A stretch of DNA of 59,249 nt, the filler included, from Sphacelaria rigidula (lineage: Eukaryota), in assembly GCA_964200075.2 (NCBI GenBank). It is 6 parts of 6 records of this genome, joined end to end, with 100 filler letters (N's around TTAATTAATTAA, not from the genome) between each part and the next. Parts side by side here need not be neighbours in the genome. Positions count along the whole stretch, not along the records: positions 9,894 to 19,686 come from CAXNAA020007752.1; positions 19,787 to 29,577 come from CAXNAA020007753.1; 4 more parts are not named here. One strand, 5' to 3'. Under the pieces are notes generated by a model, which saw only the letters and a program-made list of their open reading frames with translations, made no database searches and was not told the origin of the DNA. Positions 12,801 through 24,702 of this stretch are shown piece after piece (the first letter of the stretch is position 1; each line of letters starts with the position of its first letter). A program made the translations under genes and the position numbers.

Positions 12801-15800
12801 TGAGACGCGGCACGCAAAAATCATCCAGAATAGAGCGCGGGAAGCCAATGCTTGAAGGATCTGCTCGAAGGGTCCGCTGAGACGCGCGTCATAGGAAAAT
12901 CATGCAGAAGACAGCGCGGAAAGAAAATGTACTCTAAACCCACGCACCCGAATGCCAGAGGAGAGCATCAGCGAAAAATACTCCAAAACCAAGTAAAGAC
13001 GAAATGTTGGCTTCAGAGAGCTTCGGGGGGAAAATGACACCACAAGAGAGGTACTCTAGAACAAAGTAAAGGCGAACTATTGGTTCGTGTGGGGCGTGCA
13101 GCGAGAATTGACACGTGTTTGCAGGAAAGGCAAATGACGAAAATGACAATTTACAGTACTCTAAAAACTAAAAAGGCGACATTATTATGACTTCTGGAGC
13201 GTCTGTAATAGAGCAAAACGACATCTGTGTGAAGGAAAACGTATTTTGAGGTATATGGCAATTTCCATTGTTGCTAGATACTGAATATATTGAATTACTC
13301 TCCTGGGGAGGTTGTAATGCGTGAGAGGACCGCCTGCTTAGAGGATCGCATCGGAATTTGAACATCCCCATGATTAGGGTTAGGGTTAGGGTTAGTGTTG
13401 GGGTTATGGTCAGGGGCGTGGTACCTGCAGGGACTGGCCCGATTGGTTTCGAAAAACGTCGATCCTGAGGTGTTTTGAACTACGGCACGGCCCTCTAAGC
13501 ACGCGGTCCTCTCACGCATTACAAGGTTGCCCCTTTTTACACTAAAGATACTGTCCTCTTGGCGGCGATGTCTAGCGCTCGCCCCCGTTCTTGTGGGATC
13601 CAATATTCGCTCGCTAGTCCGTAAATCCTTTACATGTCTTGGCTCGTACACAATAACCACGTTCAGTAGTACTTTTCATCGAAACCATGAAGTGTTCATA
13701 CCCATCGAGAGAACTCATGAACAACCAAGTTTCTATGTAGATGGAACAGAGCGTGACACTCGAACAAAAGCACCTTTACGGGGGCTAGCTCACTGAACCA
13801 CGCGTCCGAGGTGGTACCGCTACTTTTGGGGGACTTGATTCATCGTCCAATCTCCATTCTAGAGGCCATACCATACTGCTTTAGTATTCTGAAATATCAG
13901 TGTCCACCTGGAATGCCCATATCGAATATTATATCCATCTGAAATATGAACAGCAGAGGTTCTTGGAAATGAGGCTGAATTTACAATGATATTGACGTGG
14001 GCAAGCTGGTTCGTAGTAGAGACCCTACGGAGAGGTGTCCACCGAAACATTTTCATTTCGCTGGTTTTCATTAAATAAAGTATTTTGGCCGCCAGGTGGG
14101 TTTCGCGAAAAAAATGAAGTAAACAAAGACTACTTTCAAACCAGCCGAGTTGTCTCAGCGAACGGAGGCTGCACATTGGAAGTGCGTGAGAGGACCACGT
14201 GCTTAGAGGATCGCATCGGAATTTGAACACCCCTATGGTCAGGGCGTTAGGGTGAGTGTTATTGTTGGGGTCAGGGTCAGGGGCGTGGTCCTTGCAGGGA
14301 CTGGCCCGATCGGTTTTGAAAAGCGTCGATCCTGAGGTGTTTCGAACTACGATGTGGTCCCCTAAGCACGCGGTCCTCTCACGCATTACAACATACCACT
14401 TGGCACACATGACGGTATACGGATTGGTAGGCGGAGCACAGCTAACGTACAGTACAGTCGCCAGTATAATATCGCTCTACTGTAGTTTCTCTCTGGATGA
14501 TAGATGCACCATGTTCTGTGAAAACTCGAAGCCAATGCTCTATAGATAGCAGTAGTACTGAACACATGGTGGTATGAAAACCACAGCGCAAATACGTTGA
14601 CGTGCATTACAGCACAACGCAGACACGATGTTGATCTTCGTCTCAGTGCGCGCCCCGTGTTCTACTCCTGTCATGTATGTCGATGTTCGCAAGGATCAGA
14701 TTACGTCACCTAACTGTGAAGCGCCGTCCCACGGCTGCCTCGCCCAGTTTTTACCGAACAAGTGCCCCATACTTCTTGAAAATAAACCTCGATGACGTGT
14801 GGACGCCGTACCAGTGCAGCATCGTTTCTATGATATGACGGCAGCATCTGGGAGGATAGGCGCCCAAACACAGAGCATCTGGCGTCGGACGATGCAGAAA
14901 CTTCACGAATGTGCGGCTTGAAGCCGCAGGTAGGTTGACGCAGTACTTTCGGCGATCCAAGGCATTTTTTACGCTGCGTCGCTTGAAACGATGAATATGC
15001 ACGATGCTGGACTGTTTCGGGACATTTCTCACCTTCTAATGACAACCGTAGGCTCACTGATGGCCAGACACTGTTTGAGTGTACTCCGAGTGTTCTCGCG
15101 TCCATACGAGACTCATGGGACAAACGCTGACAGGTGTAGTAGAATGGCGTTGGGTGCAACTAAATAAATCCCGACAGGTACAACAGTAGCATCACCCTTG
15201 ATGTGTCATATCTACATTTGGCAGGTTGTGCAGCAAATATATCTTGACTTGACCAGCTATAGTGCCTGAAATCACGAGTAGATGTTGGTATATGATGGCT
15301 CAAAATGGTCCCGTTTCGAAAAGCATTCGAGATAATTCCAGCCCAGTGGAATGCTAAGCGGGCGTACTCTCACATTCTCAAACTTCATTTTGGGGTGAGA
15401 AAAGGGGCCTCCTCTATTGACAACTCAAACCTCAGGAGTATCGTGTGCACTCCTATCGCGGTATCACCTGCTCCTTTTCCCGTGACTATGGGAGTCTCTT
15501 TGTTACGCTTTTATTGACTTGCATGCTTGCTTACCTGAATGCAGCACGAGTTGTCGTGAAGCTCCAGGAATTCTGGCAGGGTCTGGCTCACGTTGACCGG
15601 GTAAATGTACTCATCCGAATCGTGAATCAGCAGCCATTTTGGTGCTGTGTTGCTCTCGTTTCTCCGCTTTAAGTGTTCCTCCAGGAACGCGTTCAGCGGC
15701 TGCATCTCCTGACCTAGGCTGGTGAGGCAACGCAAAAGTAAAGCGGGAACTCGAGGTACCACGTCAGCGTAAAAACGCACCGATGGACGACGCTGTTTCG

Positions 15801-16866
15801 GGCATTCAGTAAACGTTACTCGTACACCTTCACAAGGTCGACAGTACCTTCAAGCTCTACATTGAGTAGAATGACGCCACTATTTTGTACCGTCATGACA
15901 TGACGTTCGAGTTGCAAGGACTATTGCTATGCCCTCTAGAAGCGCGCAAGGGAAGAGCGTATCAACCCGAAACCATACTACATACTGGAAGCGTCAGATG
16001 GGCAGGAAGTCCATTGTAAAATGTGTGACGCGCTACCCTCATGACTCTCACTTTCGAAGTTTGATGATATGGTAGGACAGTATTCCCGCATCTACGAATG
16101 GTTCCACGATGCCAGCCGTCCCATCAGTGCTTTGGTCGTTGTACAAATGAAACTCATCTACGCCGATAACGTAGTGATACGCGATCCATTCTGGCATGTA
16201 ACGCCCGAAGTCCTTCACTCGAACAATTGCGGCCACCTTGATGCGTGAAGCACGGAGCAACAAAGGGGTGTGCGACATGTATGAAACAGGGCAAAAAGGC
16301 AACGAGTGATCAAACCCCGCGCTGCCAGAGATGAATTCGGTATCGGGTAATCCAGTTGCTGTAGTACGTACCCTCTCAGTTCGAGGAGTATTTTGTCTTC
16401 TAGCCAGTATCTTCTGCACTTCATCTTGATGCTCCTCACTTAGGCACCGGCCTCCCCGAATACTCTCACCAGACTCCGGCAGTAGTATCGACTTGCGCCA
16501 GTCACTGAAAAGCCCGAACTCCCCACCAGATATCTCTTGTACCTCTGACTCTGTGAGGAATTGCGCTTCTGGCTGTACTGCCTCCATCCGTCGCCGCGGT
16601 GATGCCTGCAAGCCCTTTACTGCTGGGTTGCTCACCACTTCAATTGGTGGTTCAGGTGTTGTTCGCGAACTTATAATCGGCTGAGTGCTCACTACTCCAG
16701 TCTGTAGAGAGACAACAGAACCCTCCGGCAGTGGGCGTGCTGCCGCCGCTTCATACAACGCTCCCGCCTTGTTGGGTACGTGCAAAGAGCCGCCAGGTGT
16801 CGACCTTTTGCAGAAACGGTTACACGGTTTGTGCGTAGTGAGGGTGACTGAGGCATTGTTTAGATA
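9894..16866 (-). CDS. Glycosyltransferase, GT92/GT-A fold-like, partial (exons ~16866-16052, 15718-15535, 11562-11446, 10291-10115; next exon starts at 9900 at the contig edge)
   Basis: Phase-consistent exons give VAAIVRVKDFGRYMPEWIAYHYVIGVDEFHLYNDQSTDGT...KWLLIHDSDEYIYP (DxD motif)...CCIQ|VNRVQYGSSGYRESPPGLLLESF...LPK|FVANLD...NPH...EIRMNHYLGS, the typical GT92-like motif series. 5' end not resolved. Confidence 0.88.
10767..11333. mobile_element. Tc1/mariner-type MITE (family C) in a glycosyltransferase intron
   Basis: TIRs CAGTAGTCGGCGGTCTGACTATT / AATAGTTAGACCGCCCACTACTG with TA on both flanks. Second copy at ~49521-49941. Confidence 0.85.
13313..13523. mobile_element. 211-bp TGT..ACA MITE (Ginger-like) with internal TTAGGG repeats, copy 1
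   Basis: ~32-bp TIRs TGTAATGCGTGAGAGGACCGC...; 4-bp TSD AGGT (13309-13312 and 13524-13527); internal TTAGGGTTAGGGTTAGGGTTAG. Confidence 0.85.
14177..14390. mobile_element. 214-bp TG..CA MITE (Ginger-like), copy 2
   Basis: Aligns end to end with copy 1 but has its own 4-bp TSD, ACAT (14173-14176 and 14391-14394). Confidence 0.85.
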
Positions 16867-17449
16867 CTACTGCAGAAACCAAAAGGGAGTTCCTACTACG
16901 GAAAGCTTTTGCCACTTGGAGACATTTGTGAACCGACCAAATACGGAACCTCACGATGTTTCAAATAGCACCGCAGTCTGCGGTTGTAGATTGAGCTTTT
17001 TTGCCTGTATGATTGACTAAAATGTCCCGAAGAAACCTTCAAAACGCATTTGATGCTGGGAGGGCGATGCATCATTGTTGTTACGCTGGGTATATACCAC
17101 TAATCTTGTCCATACGAGTTTCCATGAACTTCTCAAGTCGGTTGAGTACTTCACCTCGAATGTCGTGCTACATCCCACTCTGTCTGGACCAGTTTGATAC
17201 ATCCAAGCTCACAACGGTTAGCTATTGAAATAGACGTATATGTTCGAGTGACTCAGATACACGCAGTCATACTGAATCTACGTAGAACAGGAGATCGGGG
17301 TGACGTACGAGTATTGACAGTCAATTGCGTGTTAATGTGGTACAGTACAGCTGCTGCATCGTACAGGCAGCCCCCAGCCGACCACTCTCCGGATTCTCCC
17401 CTTTCTTCAGTACTCTTCCGAGTTATAGCATTACTGGGGTGCTCTCAAA

Positions 17450-19686
17450 TATGAGATATAAACCACATAATCTGTGCCTGAGTAATGACGGTGCTGCTTC
17501 CTTTCCTGTGGAGAGAACAGATGGACTGACAGCTCAACTTGAGAACATGGTAAAACAGTTCAACAGGCAATGCAGTGCATTGACTAATCTGGTTGGGGAC
17601 GTGCAGTCCAAACCAAATATATTGCAGAATAGAGTTGATGGTATCGAAGATCACGAGTCCGGTGGCGTGAGGCGGAGCAACGTCATCGAGAGCAAAGCGT
17701 CTCCTGAAAGAGATCGAACAACGCGAAACCAGCTGGCTGATAGCTCAGTCAACCCAGCACATCTCAAGGCCGACAACGCAGCCACGATGGCGAGCAGGGA
17801 GCCCCGAGAAGGACCGACCACAGGACAGCAAGCGACGGAGCAAGGGGTATTGACCCCGCACGTGAGGTCGTCGCGGTGTACGGCCATGATCAACCGAATG
17901 CCCAAAGCGTTTTGGGCGTACCAGCTTTTAAGGGTAATGTCCCAAACGTTTCTGGAAAGAGTTCGGGATTCTCCCAGTACAAACACGAGCTAATCAATTC
18001 GGTGAGGAGCGCGGGAGTTGATTGGGAAGTCACCGTGCCGGACGATAGTTCGCACGACGTGGACGTTGGGAACACGGAACTGTTCGTGCGAGTCCTGGCG
18101 TCGAGGCACGATCACGACTTTGTAGCCGAAAACATTAGAGCAAGACAGATGTTGGTGGTGAGTCTAGACCACAAACGGGACCGAGATATTCTGTTCCGGA
18201 GTCCTTCTCCTGCAGCTGTATGCCGTGAATTGAACGACTTCACAGTCCCAATACCAACGGGGCTAGAACTGCTAGAAAAGTATGATCATGTGAAGATTGG
18301 CGTTCGTGATGGCCCGGTCCAAAACCTGATGTAATGGTAAGGCAGATGGGATCGTATAACACCAGCATCACACTGACGGAGGCTCAGACATTTCTCAAAT
18401 TTGTCTTTGCCCTCCTCGTGGAGTGTAATGTTCAGGAACAAGCGCTGGAGGAGCGGGAGGGCCTACTCGCGAAGGAAATCGTGGTGGGGTCAATTCGAAA
18501 CGTTTCAAATCAGCACTTTTTAAGCATGAACTCGCCAAGGAGAAGAAGACTTCTTCAGGCGACCACGCTCTTGCTGTCAAGGACCAGCCCGGCAAACCTA
18601 ACGGCTCACGCCGGAAAGGAAAACCGTGGAAAAACCAGGACCCAGGTCGCGGTAGCGACGGGGACCAGGGCAAAAACAGCCAGTCGCCGAGTTCACCGTG
18701 CGAGAGCCAAGCGGGGGCTGCGACCACGTAGCGATGCGACATCTGTCGGAAGATGACGACACATCGGTCGAGAGAATGTCCGAGCAGGTACTGCGGCAAG
18801 TGCGGCAAGAGAGGGCATCAGCTGCTCGACTGCTCGAAGACTGGAGAAGACGTGGTGATGGCGATGGACTTGGTGAGCGACTTCGTCGACGACGACTCCG
18901 TCTGCTCGGATGCTGAGGCAGAGATGTTCATGAGCATCAACATGATGAAGGCCGAAGACACCACAGGCGAGTGTACGTTTGTGATTAAGAAGGGGGATGT
19001 AGAGCAGCCAGATGGGGGCGACCCGTGGGTGCTTGACACGGGGGCAGCCACGCATTTTTCGCCAGATTCGAGTAAAATGACGGATTATCGGAAACGCAGG
19101 GAGTACTGCGGTGTGCGGGCGGCGGTACTTACCCGATCGTAGGGAAAATGAATTTGATTATCGCTTTTCGATCTCACGGGCGTGATGTAGTTTTACATGT
19201 GAAAAATGTAGACCACGCACCAGCATCCGTCACCATCTGTTGTTATTGCTAGGATCTCCACCGGAGGCCACATCTACATTGGGTCAGGTGACGGCTTCCA
19301 GGTTGAGCTGAAGTCAGGCAACACCCCGGAATCCCCGGTGAGCACAGACTCCTCAAAATGTACGCCCACCATATAGATCCTGATAATCATGACAAGCATG
19401 CGCCAGCATGCGCTGTGATTGCCCCGGGGGCACCATCCAACCCCCGAGTTGTTGATAACAACGACTCCCACTTCTCTCGTGCACACGCCCAGGAGGACCC
19501 ACTCCGTCAGACCGCCAAGCAGCTCGGAGTGGAGCTGCGCGGCAAGATGAGACCCTGCCGAGGGTGCTCGGAAGGGACAGGACTACGACGGCCCATCCCA
19601 AGATCAACACATACAAGGGCAGTTAAGCCCGCGTCCAAAGTGTTTGTTGATCTCACAGGGTCAAAACCGGTCTCGTGGAGGGGGGG
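17450..19686 (+). mobile_element. Degenerate Ty1/copia retrotransposon, gag-protease-integrase start, cut by the contig end
   Basis: Frameshifted gag with knuckles CDICRKMTTHRSREC and CGKCGKRGHQLLDC (~18735-18830). Protease WVLDTGAATHFS (~19025-19060). Integrase N-terminus HFSRAH...CRGC...KVFVDLTG follows the protease directly, which is copia order. 5' boundary approximate. Confidence 0.88.
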
Positions 19687-19786
19687 NNNNNNNNNNNNNN
19701 NNNNNNNNNNNNNNNNNNNNNNNNNNNNNNTTAATTAATTAANNNNNNNNNNNNNNNNNNNNNNNNNNNNNNNNNNNNNNNNNNNN
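19687..19786. other. Artificial contig spacer
   Basis: N44-TTAATTAATTAA-N44. Confidence 0.97.
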
Positions 19787-21022
19787 ACCTTTGACTCTCA
19801 CCACAGTTCTTAGAGCCTCAGGGTGGAACATGCATCCATGACCCATGAGATAATTCCAGTCTGAGGTTCGGGCGGAGGTCACAATGTTCTCGAGGGGACA
19901 TTACTCTCGTGGCTCTCAGGCCGGTTTTGGCCCCAGAAGTGCAGACCCTATCGCAGCATCACTCTAATGGTCCGCCCTCTCGAAGTTTTTTTTGCAGGGG
20001 TCACCTTGGTTGAAGAAAAACATGGACGTCGCGCAGCGTTAGTAGTTGCTTGTTAAATTATCCATGGTAAGCTCAAGGTCAGTCTTGTCCGGACACCTCT
20101 CCGTCCTTCTCCCACTTCCTCCCTTCCCCAGAAGTCGTGTGGTTTTTTGTTCTGAAAGGATGTGTTGAACGCGAAATCGTTGTCGCTGAATGCCCTTGTA
20201 TTTTCCAAGGTCATGTTCTGTGTACCGAGTGATGCTACGGTAGGGGTTCACAGATATTTTCTGAGGTGAGATTTTTTTTGAGCCCTCTATCTCTCATCTA
20301 AAGCACGACCTATGAAATGTATGAGAGTACGCCAGGATTACTATTCCGATGCAGTATAATAGGGATATGCCGAATTGATTTGCAAACGGGGATGCCCTGA
20401 TCCATATTCTTGTGCATCTGGAATCCTTCGGAGTCCCTGAACCAGACAAGGTTTTGCGTAAAACGTGCACCCCTACCGTAGCATTGCTTTACCCGAAAGT
20501 GGGAGATATTCGGCTTGTTCACTAAACTATACCGCGTTGTTGTTATTATTACTACTATTCTCATATTTCATGCGCCTTCTGGTCATGTTATTACTTTTTT
20601 TTTTCAAATATTTTCCTTCATGATTTACTTTCTTCCCTTACTTGAGGTGAAAAAACAAAACCTTATGTGTGATCTTTCTCCTGCGTGACCCTGGCGGGTG
20701 TGCTCACATATACTGGAAGGTGTAAGCCTTCAGTGTAAACGGGACGAAAACACAGGTACAACTCACGATCATTACTTTTATTTTTTTTCATCATGTTTAT
20801 TTTATTGTTCTTTCTATTATCAATATTGTTGTTGTTGGTTTGGGTATGCCAAATCTTTCTGAAAAGGTCTACATGTACCGTCCAGCAAGTCAAGAATAAA
20901 AACACACCGCAACAATCACGGACCGATACATGACAGGGATAACGGACAGTGATGTCAAGAATATATATATATATATGTATATATCCAAAACCAATATCCA
21001 ATAACCAACAAGTGCAACACAG

Positions 21023-24000
21023 GTACGCGCCGCTGAAGGAGACGAGGAGGGCGCGGAGGCGCAGGGTGCTGAGCAACGCCGCTTGTCGCTGATGGGGGCT
21101 AGTGCGGAGGGGACAGGACCTGCCGTGTCGCTATTCCGAGTGACTCAAGAAGTCAAGCGGGGCAAGAAGTCCAACGGGGGGTGGGGGGATGGGGGGGGCA
21201 AAAGTGATGGGGATGCCCGGCTGGAGCTGTCGCTTATTGCTTGCACGAGCAAAGAGTACATCTCGGAGATCTTGGGGAACGAACTGGAGTCTGAACGGGT
21301 GGGTGACTCGAATTGTGTGTGTGTGTGTGTGTGCGTCTTGGAAGAATGCGTCTTGAAAGAACGAAGTGTACGATACACGTGCCAAATCAGTACAATTAAT
21401 CCGTTTGACGAGACAATCCGCCGTGCCTATACTTCTACAGTAATCCTCAAGGTCTGTATATACACTGCCCGACTCTCCTCCTTTCTCTCCCTCCTTTACC
21501 CCTTGGGCGCGAGGCGGCCTTTGGAACAGTTATTATATTATTATTATTATCATCATAATTATTGTATCATGTTCGGAACAGTATCGCTGGCTAACCTTGA
21601 AGGCCGGTAGCCTCGACTCTTGCCTGTACGTGAAGCTGACCGAGCAGCCTCTCTGTTTTACGAGCAATCATCCCAATGACTGAATATACGTGCCGTCTAT
21701 TCCAGGGTTCTCACCTCCTGGACTTATGCACACAAGGGGGGCGCCACCCTACCGCTCCATTTTTTTTCCCCAAGTAGTTCCAGTGGTCGAGCTCCTTTGC
21801 GAGAGATGTCGTGGATATGTTGTTGCCAACTTGCTGCTGCACCCCCGGTGATCCAACTGTTAATGTGTATGTCCTGGAAAACAGTCAGGGTAGAGTTATA
21901 AGGGTTTGAATCTCAGCATACATCATTCCTTTTGCGACGAGTATCGAACTTCTGTTGTCAAGAACCCGAGGGTGCGTGAGTATTAATTAACATCTCAAGG
22001 GCCATGTTCTCTAGGGTATCGTTGTTGTTGTTGTTGTTGTTGTTGTCTTCACACTAAAGGGTATACCGGGTAAAATTATTAATAGAGGTATCTCAAACTC
22101 GGCTCCCGGTATCCTGGTTTGTTCTGTTCTATTTTTTCAAGTGAAAGTGATGGCGATTCATCAGATGATGAGGCACTTTGACCGCCAGGTCAGGTCCTCC
22201 TATGAATCGCGATCATCTTCATTTGAAAAAATAGTACACCACTCAGAGCCAGCGAATAAATCAGGATGCGGGGAGCCGAGTTTGATGTACCTCTAATGGG
22301 CTAGTTTACTGAAGGGTAAAAGAGGTGTTGTATCGGGAAACACCCTTCAAAACCATAACCGGACTTTTCGGAACATGGCACGATACACTGCAGAACGAAC
22401 CATTCGATGTTCGGTAGACGTGCCGGTATGGTCTGTAAAATAGTGTGCCAACCGAAAATCTTCCACTTCCTGGTATACATACCCTACAGGGCACATACGG
22501 GGCTTCATTTTTTTTTCTTCAAGTACTTCCAGTAGTCGAGCTCCCGTACGACGGGGTGCATGGATTTTCCCACGGCTCTTTCCGTTACACGCCACAAAGT
22601 TCGTTGTACGTCACAAGTCGCTTAATTTGATTTGACTCGACTTTACACAGGGCTTCCGTGTAATGATTTTTGTGACGTGTAACGTAAAGAGCCCTGGTTT
22701 TTTGTTGTTACCAACTTGCCGCTGCTCCCCGGTTGTTCAACTAGTACTATCTACGAGGTGGGCCAGCCTAGAAGCGGATTTGGAGTTTGCAGGCGAATTC
22801 GCACTTTCCTCCGTAGAGTTGGACCCTGAAATTTGGGATGGACAATCAACAGGGGGAAAGAAAAAGAAAGTGTGGGGTCCCAATTCTTTTTTTTCCGTGA
22901 GTTAGAGGCATTTTACTAAATCCTGAAAAAAATATTGTCCTCTGACCAAATTTCAGGGTCCAACTCCATGTAAAAAATTGCGGATTCGCCTTTCAAAACT
23001 CGGGCCGGTGAAAATTCGCAACAGTATTTTGCAGGCCGTTCACCGGCCCACGTTTGGTATCTTTGTATTGAAACTTTGCGCGGGACCTCGCTAGGTCATG
23101 ATGAACGAAGAAGAATGAAATCAGGTTGGTTTTTATTTCTTTTTTCCACTGGTTTGGGGCGTTTTAGTCAACGACCATTTTTTTACGAGAACGCCCAAAC
23201 CCCTCAAAAAAAATTGAAGGCCCGATTTTTTTTTTTTTCATTCAACATACCCCTGTGGTTCTCCATGCTAAGTTTCAAATCACAATTCTAAAAGTTGAGC
23301 TGAAATATTGAGACAAAGACCGAAGAGCAATGTTGATTTCTCCTCAAAACTCCCCTAAAAACACGAAAAAAAGTCAAAAGCTGTTCATTTTATCTTTTTG
23401 TGCACTACCTGTTCTCCATACGAAATTTCATAGCACAACTCTCGAAACCTTAGACACAATATCCAGATTTAGGGCATCTAGTGCCTCTACTCGTAATATT
23501 TTGTGCGTCATATCTCGAGATAGATTACAAATTAGGTGAAGGTGAGGGTATCTATCGTTCCCCCGTGCTCCAGGGAAAGTCCACACCAACAATGTTCATC
23601 ATCTGCTGAATATGTTTTCCTATCGTTCGGGGTTTCATATAGATTTTCGTGTTGACGTTATCTCCGTACGGTATAGAAATGACCAAACATGGGGTTGAAA
23701 CAATGAGAAAGTATTGGGCCAGATTTTTGAGCAGATGAGCACCTTCCCCCCGATTAGGAGGATGACCAATAGGGTATGCGGATCACGGCTCATCTCGTCT
23801 GTGTCGATGAGATACTGCTTTGAGAGCTCAACTCCGTTTTTAGGCTGGCTCAGCTCGTATGAACACTTGACGAGGAGCCGTCGCGCGGTGCGGTATTGGA
23901 GTAGTGAGCTGATCTGCAAAATTAAAGTGTCCGGCACGTGCCGGGCAAGATATGGGCTAACTGCGCGCCCGTCCTGCCGAGGTGGAGCAGGGGAAGGGAG

Positions 24001-24643
24001 TTCAAGTTTGAAATACATGTGACGGGAGAAAAAAGGTCACTCAAAAATGAACATGGCTTGTATCTCCCATTCTCACATACCCCCGTGTTTCCCCCTCTCC
24101 CCTCCCATGGCCGAAAACATTCATACTTGACAGGATGAAAATCCAATGATGTCTATGCTAGAGAGCAACGCCGCTTACATCCTGGACGTGTTCACGGAAG
24201 TGTTCGTGTGGTACGGAAACGACGCGGAGCGTGCAGCACGCAGGGGTGCGGGTAAGGTGGCCCATCAGCTTCTCAGGGCCGTGGCGCGACCGAAATGGGC
24301 CGAGCACATCACGCACGTTCGCGAGGCGCGAGAGCCGTTCCTCTTCCGAGTGAAGTTCTTCGATTGGGGCGTGGCGCGGAGGATGAGGGACGGGGTTGAC
24401 GGCCAGCCGATCAACTGTATTTCGATGTTTCACAAGAACGTCCGAACCATTGCCGAGGTGCGCACAGTGGACGATGACCCGTTTTTTTGTTTCATTTTTG
24501 TTTTTGTCGGTCCAGTACGCACTCATCCCTCCTCCCCCTCTCTCTTGCACGAGTCCGTATATCTGGTCTTGAGGGGTCAACTAATCTCCCCCTGTCGCCC
24601 CCCTGTCTCCATCGTCCAACCATCATTGTGTCGCACGCGCGCG

Positions 24644-24702
<59 letters not shown>

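Noticed and set aside
13374-13395. True telomere or chromosome fusion site
   Set aside because: Only about four units, enclosed by TIRs and a TSD inside an intron.
14710-15159. Additional glycosyltransferase exon
   Set aside because: Exon 15718-15535 joins exon 11562-11446 in phase with a complete motif series, so no exon is needed here.
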